Shown piece by piece: positions 19,031-28,543 of a DNA stretch of 64,000 bases. The translations under genes were made by a program, and so were the position numbers. The DNA comes from Gemmatimonadales bacterium (GTDB lineage: Bacteria; Gemmatimonadota; Gemmatimonadetes; Gemmatimonadales; GWC2-71-9). The notes below the pieces were generated by a model. The model was not told the DNA's origin. It saw nothing but the letters and a program-made list of their open reading frames with translations, and did no database searches. Location: the NCBI GenBank assembly GCA_038321865.1, contig JBBQFH010000011.1, positions 4,137 through 68,136 on the forward strand. Reading direction: 5' to 3'. How positions within the stretch are numbered: position 1 is the stretch's first letter; the number at the start of each line of letters is the position of its first letter.

Positions 19031-22000
19031 GCGGCCACGCACCGGTGCCGGCGCCCGACGCCGGCGAGCCGGAGGTTCGCTACTTCTTCATCCGCCGCCC
19101 GGTGCTGGCGGCGGTGATCTCGATCGTCGTCACCCTGCTCGGCATCTTCGCCATCCAGCTGCTGCCGATCTCGCGCTACCCGCAGATCACCCCGCCGGGC
19201 ATCACCGTTACCGCCGTTTACCCCGGTGCCACCGCCGAGGCGGTCGCGGAAGCGGTGGCGGCGCCGATCGAGCAGCAGCTCTCGGGACTCCAGGGACTCC
19301 TGTACTTCTCGTCGGCCAATTCGAGCGACGGCGTGATGACGCTGCAGGTGTTCTTCGACGTGTCCCGGAGCCAGGACCTGGCGGCGGTCGACGTGCAGAA
19401 CGCGGTGCAGCTCGCGACGCCGCAGCTGCCGGACGCCGTGCGTCAGAACGGGATCACCATCCTCAAGGCGAATTCGGATATTCTGGCGGTGGCGGCGCTG
19501 ACCTCGACCGACTCGAGCTACGACGCGCCGTATCTGACCAACTACATGAAGCTGTACGTCGAGGACGAGATCAAGCGGGTGCCCGGCGTGGGCAACGCGA
19601 CCGTCTTCGGCGGCCTCCAGTTCGCCATGCTGCTGCAGCTCGATCCCGACCGGATGGCGCAGCTCGGCGTCACGGTGGGAGACGTCCGCGACGCCGTGCG
19701 CGAGCAGAACGCCACCAATCCCGCTGGCCGCCTCGGCCGGGAGCCGGCGCCGTCGGGCACCCAGCTCACGCTGCCGGTCACGACGCTCGGCCGGCTCCAG
19801 ACGGTGGAGCAGTTCGACAACATCATCATCCGCGCCAAGGACGACGGGTCGCTGATCCGACTCCGCGACATCGGCAAGGCGAAGCTCGGCGCGCAGAACT
19901 ACGACCTCGCCGGCCGGCTGAACGGCAGCCCGACGGCGTTCATGCTGCTCTATCTCCGGCCGGGCGCCAACGCCCTCGCCGTCAAGAAGGCGGTGACGGC
20001 GCGGATGGACGAGTTGTCGCGCGCCTTTCCCGCGGGCGTGGTGTACAAGATCCCGTTCGACACCACGCCGTTCGTCACCACCTCGATCACCGAGGTGCTG
20101 CACACCCTCGTCGAGGCGATGCTGCTGGTCACGCTGGTCGTGTTCCTCTTCCTCCAGAGCTGGCGGGCGACGCTGATCCCGATGCTGGCGGTGCCCGTCA
20201 GCGTCATCGGCACCTTTCTCGGTCTGCTGGCTCTCGGCTTCACCATCAACGTGCTGACGCTCTTCGGCCTGGTGCTCGCGATCGGCATCGTGGTGGACGA
20301 CGCCATCGTGGTGATCGAGAATGTCGAGCGCATCATGGCCACCGAGGGCCTCTCGGCCCGCCTCGCCGCCGACAAGGCGATCCGCCAGGTGGCCGGCGCG
20401 CTGGTCGCCATCGTACTCGTGCTCTGCGCCGTCTTCCTGCCGATCGCGTTCCTCGGCGGCGTGACGGGGGTGATGTTCAAGCAGTTCGCCGTCACCATCG
20501 TGATCGCCGTGGTGCTCTCGGGCATCGTCGCGCTGACGCTGACGCCGGCGCTCTGCGCCCTCCTGCTCAAGGAAGCGGCCGAGGCGCATCAGAGCGGCTT
20601 CTTCGGAGCGTTCAACCACGGGTTCGCCCGGGTCACGCGGCGCTACACCGGCGCCGTCGAGAAGGTGCTCGGCCGGCCTAAGGCGTGGATCGCGGCGTTC
20701 GTGGTGATGATCGTGCTGGCGGGGCTGCTCTGGCGTCGGACGCCGACGGCATTCGTGCCGACCGAGGACAAGGGGTACTTCGCGATCGCGCTGCAGCTCC
20801 CCGACGCCGCCTCGCTGCAGCGCACCCGGGCCGTGGTGCAGCGGGTCGAGGGGATGCTGCGGAAGGAGAAGGCGGTCCGCAACATCGTCGCCTTTGCCGG
20901 ACTCGACATCCTGAGCCGGTCGAACCAGCCGAACGGCGCGACGATCTTCATCAGTCTCCTGCCGTGGGACGAGCGGGACAAGCAGAACTCGATCGACGCG
21001 ATCACCGGCCGGATCAACGGCCAGCTCTTCGGCATGCGGGACGCGGTCGGTTTTGCGTTTAATCTCCCCGAGATTCCCGGCCTCGGCGCCACCGCCGGCG
21101 TCGAGCTCAATTTGCAGGCGCGGGGCGGGCAGGACGTGCGCGCCTTTGCCCAGCAGGTGCAGGAGTTCAGCCAGGCGGCCAACCAGCTGCCCGCGGCGCA
21201 GGGGCTGCAGGCCAACTTCCGGGCCAACGTGCCGCAGATTTTCCTCGACGTCGACCGGGAGGCGGCCAAGGCGCGCGGCGTCGGGCTGACCGACCTCTAC
21301 GGCACGCTCCAGTCGCTGCTGTCCACGCTCTACGTCAACGACTTCAACATCTACGGCCGCACGTACCGGGTGCAGATCGAGGCGCAGTCGCAATTCCGCC
21401 AGTCGCCGGAGGATATCGGCCGGCTCTACGTGCGGGACTCGAAGGGGGCGATGCTCCCCGTCTCGTCGCTGGTGCGGCCGCAGTTCCAGAGCGGGCCGAC
21501 GCTCGTCACGCGCTTCAATGGCTTCACCTCCGCGCTCTTCACCGGCGTGCCCAAGCCGGGCCGGAGCACCGGCGAGATGATCGGGGAGATCCAGAACCTG
21601 GTGGAAAGCCGGTTTGGTGCGGAGGGAGTGGGCGTGGCCTACTCGGGGCAGTCGTATCAGGAGCAGGCATCGAGCGGGCAGGGCGGCATGGTCTTCGCGC
21701 TCGGCCTCATCATCGTCTTCCTCGTGCTCGCGGCGCAGTACGAGAGCTGGTCGATGCCGTTCGCCGTGCTGCTCGGCGTGCCGTTCGGCGTCGCCGGCGC
21801 ACTGGTCGGCATCTGGGCCCGGAACCAGCCGAGCGACGTCTACTTCCAGGTGGCGATCATCACCGTGGTCGGCCTGGCGGCGAAGAACGCGATTCTGATC
21901 GTGGAGTTCGCCAATGAGCTCCGGAGCCGGGGGATGTCGATTCGTGATGCCGCGGTCGAGGCCGCTCGGGAGCGGTTCCGCCCCATCCTGATGACGTCGT

Positions 22001-22191
22001 TCGCCTTCATTCTCGGCGTCTCGCCGCTGGTGATCGCGGGCGGGGCGGGGGCGGCCAGCCGGCACTCGATCGGCACCGGCGTCTTCTTCGGCATGCTCGC
22101 GGCGACGCTGGTCGGCATCTTCTTCATTCCGCTCTTCTTCCGGGTGATCCGGGGGATGGCGGAGCACGGACTGCGGGGAGGCGCACGATGA
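19027..22191 (+). CDS. RND efflux permease (AcrB/MexB HAE1 family)
   Basis: FFIRRPVLAAVISI, GIVVDDAIVVIENVER, AAKNAILIVEFA, RFRPILMTS; 1054 aa. Confidence 0.96.
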   Translation: MSGHAPVPAPDAGEPEVRYFFIRRPVLAAVISIVVTLLGIFAIQLLPISRYPQITPPGITVTAVYPGATAEAVAEAVAAPIEQQLSGLQGLLYFSSANSSDGVMTLQVFFDVSRSQDLAAVDVQNAVQLATPQLPDAVRQNGITILKANSDILAVAALTSTDSSYDAPYLTNYMKLYVEDEIKRVPGVGNATVFGGLQFAMLLQLDPDRMAQLGVTVGDVRDAVREQNATNPAGRLGREPAPSGTQLTLPVTTLGRLQTVEQFDNIIIRAKDDGSLIRLRDIGKAKLGAQNYDLAGRLNGSPTAFMLLYLRPGANALAVKKAVTARMDELSRAFPAGVVYKIPFDTTPFVTTSITEVLHTLVEAMLLVTLVVFLFLQSWRATLIPMLAVPVSVIGTFLGLLALGFTINVLTLFGLVLAIGIVVDDAIVVIENVERIMATEGLSARLAADKAIRQVAGALVAIVLVLCAVFLPIAFLGGVTGVMFKQFAVTIVIAVVLSGIVALTLTPALCALLLKEAAEAHQSGFFGAFNHGFARVTRRYTGAVEKVLGRPKAWIAAFVVMIVLAGLLWRRTPTAFVPTEDKGYFAIALQLPDAASLQRTRAVVQRVEGMLRKEKAVRNIVAFAGLDILSRSNQPNGATIFISLLPWDERDKQNSIDAITGRINGQLFGMRDAVGFAFNLPEIPGLGATAGVELNLQARGGQDVRAFAQQVQEFSQAANQLPAAQGLQANFRANVPQIFLDVDREAAKARGVGLTDLYGTLQSLLSTLYVNDFNIYGRTYRVQIEAQSQFRQSPEDIGRLYVRDSKGAMLPVSSLVRPQFQSGPTLVTRFNGFTSALFTGVPKPGRSTGEMIGEIQNLVESRFGAEGVGVAYSGQSYQEQASSGQGGMVFALGLIIVFLVLAAQYESWSMPFAVLLGVPFGVAGALVGIWARNQPSDVYFQVAIITVVGLAAKNAILIVEFANELRSRGMSIRDAAVEAARERFRPILMTSFAFILGVSPLVIAGGAGAASRHSIGTGVFFGMLAATLVGIFFIPLFFRVIRGMAEHGLRGGAR

Positions 22192-23690
22192 GCCGGCTTC
22201 TTGTGGTATGCGTGGCGGCAGCCCTCGCGGGGTGCGCCGTCGGGCCGGCCTACCGCGCGGTGCCGCCGGTGGCATCCGGTGCGCAGGTTGGCGCCGCCAA
22301 CACGCCACCGGCCACGCGGGCGTTTTTCGATTCGCTGGCGTCGGCGCGGCGGGTGGACAGCCTCACGCCGCGCGACTCCACGATGACGCCGGCACTCGCG
22401 GCGGGGGCACCGATCACCCTGATCCCGCTCCGCGCCGATCCGGCTGCCGATCTGGCGTGGCTCGATCTCCTGCGCGACACGACGCTGATCCGGTTCGTGC
22501 GAACGGCACTGGCGCAGAACCGCGATCTGCAGCTCGCGGCGGCGCGGATCCGGGAATACCGCGCGCTCGTCGGCGTGGCCCGCGCGCCGCTCTTTCCCAG
22601 CATCGGCGTCAGCGCCTCGGCCAGCACGAACAAGATCGGCCAGGGATCGGCGGCGCCGGTGTCGTTCGACGCGCTCAGCGTCACCGGGGATCTTGCGTGG
22701 GAGCTCGACTTCTGGGGCCGGACTCGCCGAGGCGTCGAGGCGGCGAACGCCGATCTCGCCGGCCAGGAGGCGGCCAGCCGGGCCGTCGTGCTGTCGCTGG
22801 TGAGCGACGTCTCGACCGCGTACCTCCAGCTGCTGGAGCTGGATCAGGAGCGGCTGATCGCCGAACAGACGGTCGCCTCCCGCCAGACGACGCTCGCGCT
22901 GGCACGGAAGCGGTTTAGCCAGGGACTCATCTCGGAGCTCGACGTGCGGCAGTTCGAGGCGCAGGTCAGCGCGCCGGCGGCGACGCTGGCGCAGGTCGAG
23001 CGGCAGCGGGCGGAGACCGAACACCAGCTCGACGTGCTGCTGGGACAGACGCCGCACGAGATCCCCCGTGACTCACTGCATTCGCTGACACTCGCCGCCG
23101 CGGCGCTCTCGGTGCCGGACAGCATTCCGGGCGCGCTGGTTTCGCGCCGGCCCGACATGCAGCAGGCCGAGCGGGCGCTGGCCGCGGCGACGGCGCGGGT
23201 CGGTGTGGCGCAGGCGGCGCGGCTGCCGACGATCACGGTCGGTGGTTCCTACGGCTCGCAGGCGGCGGCGACTGGCGCTCTCTTCAAGTCGAACAGCGAG
23301 GTCTACCAGCTCCAGGGCGGGATTTCCTTCCCGCTCTTCACCGGCGGGCGGCTGGTTAACCAGAGCCGGGCGGCATCGGCGCGCATGGACCAGGCGCGGG
23401 CGCAGTACGAGCAGACCGCGCTCAATGCCCTCCGGGAGGCGGGAGACGCGCTGGTGGGCGCGCGAACGGCGCGCGACGAAGTCGCGGCGCAGCAGACGCA
23501 GGCCCAGGCACTCCGCCGAGCGGTGCACCTGGCCGAGCTGCGCTACCGGACTGGTGTGGCCAGCTACGTCGAGGTGCTTCAGGCGCAGCGCGATCTCTTC
23601 ACGGCCGAGCTGGCGCTGAGCCAGGCGGAACTTCGGCAGCTGACGTCGGCGGTGCAGCTCTACCGGGCGCTGGGAGGCAGCTGGAAGTAG
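22188..23690 (+). CDS. Outer-membrane efflux channel (OprM/NodT family)
   Basis: Lipobox LAGC; WELDFWGR, RRPD, LYRALGGSW. Confidence 0.94.
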   Translation: MSRLLVVCVAAALAGCAVGPAYRAVPPVASGAQVGAANTPPATRAFFDSLASARRVDSLTPRDSTMTPALAAGAPITLIPLRADPAADLAWLDLLRDTTLIRFVRTALAQNRDLQLAAARIREYRALVGVARAPLFPSIGVSASASTNKIGQGSAAPVSFDALSVTGDLAWELDFWGRTRRGVEAANADLAGQEAASRAVVLSLVSDVSTAYLQLLELDQERLIAEQTVASRQTTLALARKRFSQGLISELDVRQFEAQVSAPAATLAQVERQRAETEHQLDVLLGQTPHEIPRDSLHSLTLAAAALSVPDSIPGALVSRRPDMQQAERALAAATARVGVAQAARLPTITVGGSYGSQAAATGALFKSNSEVYQLQGGISFPLFTGGRLVNQSRAASARMDQARAQYEQTALNALREAGDALVGARTARDEVAAQQTQAQALRRAVHLAELRYRTGVASYVEVLQAQRDLFTAELALSQAELRQLTSAVQLYRALGGSWK

Positions 23691-23699
23691 ACTTCCCCG

Positions 23700-24887
23700 A
23701 TGAATCAGCGTCCCGGCGTCGCGAGCAGTTTCGGTCTCAACCGGAACACCTGGGCGGCGGCGGGCGCGATGTTCGTCATGGCGCTCGGCGAAAACCTCTG
23801 GCGGCGATTCCTCCCCAAGTATCTGCAGGCCCTCGGTGCGCCGGTCGTGGTGATCGGCGCCTACGGCAGCACCGAGGACCTGCTCGATGGGCTCTATCAG
23901 TATCCGGGCGGCTGGGTGGCCGACCGGTACGGGCGGCGCGCGGCGCTGCTCACCTTCGTCGCCATCGCGATCGCAGGGTACAGCGTGCTGGCGGTAGCGG
24001 GCAGCTGGCCGGTGGTCTTTCTCGGTCTCGTGCTGATCATGGCGTGGACCAGCATGGCGAGTCCGACGCTCTTCGCGGTGATCGGCGACGCGCTGCCGCC
24101 GTCGAAGCGGGCGATCGGGTTCTCGGTGCAGTCGATCCTCCGCCGCATTCCGGTGCTGGCGGCGCCGACGATCGGCGGACTCCTCATCGCCGCCCACGGG
24201 GTCCGAACCGGCGTCCGGACCGGGCTGGTGCTGAGCATGGTGCTGGGCCTGGTGACGCTCGCGGTCGTCTCCCGGGTGCGGCTGGCGATTCCCGACCACG
24301 CCTCCGCCCGCTCGTTCCGCGAAGTGTGGGCGTCGTTCCCCTCGGCGCTCAGGCGCCTGCTCGTGTCCGACGTGTTCATCCGGACCTGCGACGCGCTGGT
24401 GGACGTCTTCCTGGTGCTCTACGCCCTCAACGTCATCGGCATCAGCGCGCCGCGCTTCGGCGTCCTGATCGCCGTGCAGATGGCGACGACGATCGTCGTC
24501 TCCATCCCCGCGTCCCGGATCGCCGACCGCACCGGCCGGAAGCCGTTCGTGATCGCCACCTTTCTCTGCTTCGCCGTCTTTCCCGTGGCGGTGGCGCTGG
24601 CGGGATCGTTTCCCGCACTGGTGGCCGCGTTCGTGGTCGGCGGGCTGCGGGAGATCGGCGAGCCGGCGCGGAAGGCGTTCATACTGGATCTGGTGCCGGC
24701 GGGATCTCGGGCGCGGTCGGTGGGGCTCTACTATCTGATCCGGAGCGTCGCCATCGCACCCGCGGCCACGGTGGGCGGCCTCCTGTGGCGGGTGACGCCG
24801 ACGCTCCCTTTCTTCCTGGCCGGCGCGATCGGACTGGCCGGCGCGCTGGTCTTTGCCCTGACGGTGGACGAGCACTACGCGGGGTAG
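23700..24887 (+). CDS. MFS transporter
   Basis: GWVADRYGRR and IADRTGRK motif-A copies; about 12 TM. Confidence 0.9.
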   Translation: MNQRPGVASSFGLNRNTWAAAGAMFVMALGENLWRRFLPKYLQALGAPVVVIGAYGSTEDLLDGLYQYPGGWVADRYGRRAALLTFVAIAIAGYSVLAVAGSWPVVFLGLVLIMAWTSMASPTLFAVIGDALPPSKRAIGFSVQSILRRIPVLAAPTIGGLLIAAHGVRTGVRTGLVLSMVLGLVTLAVVSRVRLAIPDHASARSFREVWASFPSALRRLLVSDVFIRTCDALVDVFLVLYALNVIGISAPRFGVLIAVQMATTIVVSIPASRIADRTGRKPFVIATFLCFAVFPVAVALAGSFPALVAAFVVGGLREIGEPARKAFILDLVPAGSRARSVGLYYLIRSVAIAPAATVGGLLWRVTPTLPFFLAGAIGLAGALVFALTVDEHYAG

Positions 24888-24961
24888 CGGCCTCTTGAAG
24901 GAGCGGCGTGGCGGGGCCATGTTGGATGCCGGAGCACAACCTTTCGAGCACGGAGGCGGTG

Positions 24962-26077
24962 ATGAGCGGAGTTCGGGTGCTGGTCGGCACGAGGAAGGGC
25001 GGCTTCGTCCTCAGCGCGGACGCGAAGCGAAAGAAGTGGGAGGTCAGCGGGCCGCATTTCGCCGGCTGGGAGATCTACCACATGAAGGGATCGCCGGTGG
25101 ATCCGGACCGGCTGTACGCCTCGCAGTGCAGCGGATGGTTCGGCCAGCAGATCCAGCGGTCGGATGACGGAGGGAAGAGCTGGGCGCCGGTCGGGAACGA
25201 GTTCGCCTACGACGGCGAGACCGGGACGCATCAGTGGTACGACGGCAAGCCGCGTCCCTGGGAGTTCAAGCGGGTCTGGCACCTGGAACCGTCCCTCACC
25301 GATGCGAATACCGTCTACGCCGGCATCGAGGACGCGGCGATCTTTTGCTCGACCGACGCCGGTGGCTCCTGGCAGGAGATGCCGGGGCTCCGGCGGCACG
25401 GCTCGGGACCCGCCTGGCAGCCCGGCGCCGGCGGCATGTGCCTGCACACCATCCTGCTCGATCCGGTCAATCCGAAGCGGATGTTCATCGCGATCTCCGC
25501 GGCCGGCGCATTCCGCACCGACGACGGCGGGGAGACGTGGCGCCCGATCAACCACGGGCTCAACTCGAAGTACATTCCCGACCCGACCGCCGAGGTGGGG
25601 CACTGCGTGCACCGGATCGCGATGCACCGCACGCGGCCCAACGTGCTGTACATGCAGAAGCACTGGGACGTGATGCGGAGCGACGACGCCGGTGACTCCT
25701 GGCACGAGATCAGCGGCAACCTGCCGACCGATTTCGGCTTTCCGATCGACGTGCACGCCCACGAGCCGGACACGGTGTACGTAGTCCCGATCAAGAGTGA
25801 CAGCGAGCATTTCCCGCCCGACGGGAAGTTGCGCGTCTACCGCAGCCGGAGCGGCGGGAACGAGTGGGAGGCGCTGACCAAGGGGCTTCCCCAGCAGGAC
25901 TGCTACGTCAACGTCCTCAGGGACGCGATGGCGGTGGACTCACTCGACTCGTGCGGCATCTACTTCGGGACGACCGGCGGGCAGGTCTACGCCTCGGCCG
26001 ATTCCGGCGACAACTGGACGCCGATCGTGCGCGACCTGCCGGCGGTGCTGTCGGTCGAGGTGCAGACGCTCCAATGA
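24962..26077 (+). CDS. BNR/Asp-box repeat beta-propeller (sialidase-like fold), cytoplasmic
   Basis: Multiple SxDxGxxW Asp-boxes; VLVGTRKG start; no signal peptide; GGAGG RBS. Confidence 0.88.
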   Translation: MSGVRVLVGTRKGGFVLSADAKRKKWEVSGPHFAGWEIYHMKGSPVDPDRLYASQCSGWFGQQIQRSDDGGKSWAPVGNEFAYDGETGTHQWYDGKPRPWEFKRVWHLEPSLTDANTVYAGIEDAAIFCSTDAGGSWQEMPGLRRHGSGPAWQPGAGGMCLHTILLDPVNPKRMFIAISAAGAFRTDDGGETWRPINHGLNSKYIPDPTAEVGHCVHRIAMHRTRPNVLYMQKHWDVMRSDDAGDSWHEISGNLPTDFGFPIDVHAHEPDTVYVVPIKSDSEHFPPDGKLRVYRSRSGGNEWEALTKGLPQQDCYVNVLRDAMAVDSLDSCGIYFGTTGGQVYASADSGDNWTPIVRDLPAVLSVEVQTLQ

Positions 26078-26370
26078 TCCGGGTGGAGCTGCCGGAGCAC
26101 CTGCGCACGCTGGCGCGCGTCGCGGGCGATGTCGATCTCGAAGTGCCGGACCCGGTGACGCAGCGCTCGGTGCTCGACGCCCTCGAGGCCGCGCATCCGG
26201 TGCTTCGCGGGGCGATTCGCGACCACGCCACGCGGAAGCGGCGCGCCTTCATCCGGTTCTTCGGGTGCGGGCAGGATCTCTCGCATGAGGAGCCGGACGC
26301 CCCGCTCCCCGTCGAGATCGCGAGCGGGGCGGAGCCGTTTCTGGTCGTCGGGGCGATCGCGGGGGGGTGA
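26074..26370 (+). CDS. MoaD/ThiS ubiquitin-like (beta-grasp) protein
   Basis: 98 aa, LPEHLR start, C-terminal AIAGG; ATGA overlap with the BNR gene. Confidence 0.88.
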   Translation: MIRVELPEHLRTLARVAGDVDLEVPDPVTQRSVLDALEAAHPVLRGAIRDHATRKRRAFIRFFGCGQDLSHEEPDAPLPVEIASGAEPFLVVGAIAGG

Positions 26371-26385
26371 CGGCGTTGGCCACCC

Positions 26386-27093
26386 TCAGGGCCTCCGCTG
26401 GCGGAGCACCCCCGCCCCCGCGACGCCGGAGAGCCCGGTGGCCATCAGCGCGATCGTCATCGGCTCCGGGGTAAGCGTCGTGCCGCGGACCGCGAACACG
26501 ATGTCGTTGAAGTCGTTATCGATGTTGTAGTTGTACGAGTCCTCGAAGCCGACCACAATGTTGTACGACGGATCGGTCAGGAGCGTCGCGATGTTGGGCG
26601 AGCAATTGGTCGGTGACAGGGCGCAGCCCGCGAGATAGGCCTCACGGGTCCAGACCATGTCGTGGAACCGGTTGTCCGGATTCCGGCTCGCTGGCCCGCT
26701 GTAGTACTGGTTGCCCGAGACGTCGGCTGGGGCAGAAGTACAGCCGGTGCCGGCCGGGGCTGCGCCGAGGTTGGCACAGATCGAAAAGATGGCCTCAGCT
26801 CCGATGGCCAGCGCGGAGGAGGTAGTGGCTTCGACGACCGTTCCTTCCGCCGTGGTGTTCCGCAGCAGAAACTGCCCGGCTCCGGGCAGCGTCAGATAGT
26901 AATACAGGTCGTTTACGTAACGTGCCTGCTTTCCCACGAACTTCACGAAGATGTTGTCGGTGCCCGACTTGTATACGCTGGCGCCGAGCGACCCGCCGAC
27001 AACGGCGGTACCGTCGGCATGGGCGGCCGGTGCGGCCAGCCCGCCAAGTACCGCGATGAGGGCGGCGATTCGTCCTGGTAAGTGTCTGTTGAT
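26386..27093 (-). CDS. PEP-CTERM surface protein with a DUF4114-like domain; start uncertain (ATC 27093 or ATG 27156)
   Basis: C-terminal TPEP + TM + RQRR; GFED...DNDFNDIVF; signal peptide begins right after GGAGG-N6-ATC. Confidence 0.8.
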   Translation of the reverse strand: MNRHLPGRIAALIAVLGGLAAPAAHADGTAVVGGSLGASVYKSGTDNIFVKFVGKQARYVNDLYYYLTLPGAGQFLLRNTTAEGTVVEATTSSALAIGAEAIFSICANLGAAPAGTGCTSAPADVSGNQYYSGPASRNPDNRFHDMVWTREAYLAGCALSPTNCSPNIATLLTDPSYNIVVGFEDSYNYNIDNDFNDIVFAVRGTTLTPEPMTIALMATGLSGVAGAGVLRQRRP

Positions 27094-27311
27094 GCTGATC
27101 CTCCAGATCGCGATCCCGACGGAGTTGACGACGACAAGCGCACATGCGGGACGCATGCGCCTGTTCAATTGCTGACTAGGAGTGCAATTATTGTTCGGGC
27201 TGCTGCATCGTACGGTTGCGGGCCGGATCACACAAGAGGCGTCGGCCGTTAACGAGGGTATGTGGCCGACGTCTTGCACCCCGGGCCGGTTTCCACCCAC
27301 TGAGACCAGGT

Positions 27312-28541
27312 ATGACCATCGCGATCTTCGGGGCCGGTATCCTCGGCAGCTGTACGGCGTTAGAACTTGCCGACCGGGGGCACCGGGTCGTGTTGTTCGA
27401 GCGCAACGCGGAACCGATGGCAGAGGCGAGCCGCCACAACGAGGGCAAGCTGCACCTCGGGTTCGTCTACGCTGCCGATCCGTCGTTCCGCACCGCCGAG
27501 CGCATGATTGCGGGCGCAGCCCGGTTTACCGACGTGCTGGCGCGCTGGGTGCCGGGTGACGCGCTCCGGGCGGTGCGGGCGGGGCCGTTCGACTACGTAG
27601 TCCACCGGGAGACGATGGTCAGCCCCGCCGGCATCGAGGCGCACTTCGGCCGGGTCGGGCGGCGACTCGCCGAGCTGCAGGATCAGCAATCGCTCTCGGG
27701 CGCGTTGAGCACGGACCGCCCGTTCTGGCGTCCGCTCGGGAGCAACGAGCTCGCCGCGCGCTACGACCCCGCGCAGGTGATCGCCGCTTACGAGACCTGT
27801 GAGATCGCCGTGGACACCTGGGCGATCGCCGATTTTCTGCGCGCCGCCGTCGCGGGCCATCCGCGGATCGAGCTGCGCACCGGCACCCGGGTGATCCGGG
27901 CGGAAGACCGTGCAGGCGGCGGCTTCGATGTCGTCTCGGCGGGCGAACGGCGCTCGGGGCCGTTCGCGGCCATCGTCAACGCATCGTGGGCCAACCGTCC
28001 CGCCATCGATCAGCGCTACGGCATCGCGCCGCGCGGCCAGTGGATCAACCGCCGCAAGCTCGGGGTGAATCTCATGCACACCGGCGCGGCCGACGCGGTC
28101 CCCAGCTTCACGATCATGCTGGGCTGCTTCGGCGATGTCGTCGCCTACCAGAATGGGCGCGTGTATCTGTCCTGGTACCCGACGTGCATGATCGGACGGA
28201 GCACGGGCATCGAGGAGACCGATTGGGCCGCCGTCATGCGCGAGGTGGACCAGGCCGCAATCCGCGCGGCGACTGTCGCGGCACTCGGCGAGATCTGCCC
28301 GGCGGTCGGGCGGCTCGCCACGGGCGCGTCGGGCGGTGCCATCGTGAACGGAGGGAGCATCTACGCGCTCGGCCGCACCGACATCGATGACCCGTCAAGC
28401 CAGCTGCATGAGCGGCTGGACACCGGCATCGAAGGCCGGGGCGCCTACCTGTCGGTCGACACATCGAAGTTCACGCTGGGCCCGGCGCTCGCGCTGGCAA
28501 CGGCCGACCGCATCGCGGCGGTCGCCGCCGTCGCGGCCTGA
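27312..28541 (+). CDS. FAD-dependent oxidoreductase (DAO-like)
   Basis: IAIFGAGILG...VVLFER Rossmann motif; ASRHNEGKLHLGFVY. Confidence 0.85.
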   Translation: MTIAIFGAGILGSCTALELADRGHRVVLFERNAEPMAEASRHNEGKLHLGFVYAADPSFRTAERMIAGAARFTDVLARWVPGDALRAVRAGPFDYVVHRETMVSPAGIEAHFGRVGRRLAELQDQQSLSGALSTDRPFWRPLGSNELAARYDPAQVIAAYETCEIAVDTWAIADFLRAAVAGHPRIELRTGTRVIRAEDRAGGGFDVVSAGERRSGPFAAIVNASWANRPAIDQRYGIAPRGQWINRRKLGVNLMHTGAADAVPSFTIMLGCFGDVVAYQNGRVYLSWYPTCMIGRSTGIEETDWAAVMREVDQAAIRAATVAALGEICPAVGRLATGASGGAIVNGGSIYALGRTDIDDPSSQLHERLDTGIEGRGAYLSVDTSKFTLGPALALATADRIAAVAAVAA

Positions 28542-28543
28542 GC

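Noticed and set aside
18604..22308. 1234-aa antisense ORF and many other long shadow ORFs (e.g. 35157-37634, 57808-60060, 46512-48455)
   Set aside because: They mirror well-supported genes on the opposite strand, lack motifs and are expected in high-GC DNA
26074..26370. Ubl as part of a Bil/Bub-type bacterial ubiquitination defence operon or a Moco/thiamine operon
   Set aside because: No E1, E2, JAB, moaE or thiG in the window
27183..27198. Sigma54-like site upstream of the PEP-CTERM gene
   Set aside because: TTGCA is present but the -24 GG is missing
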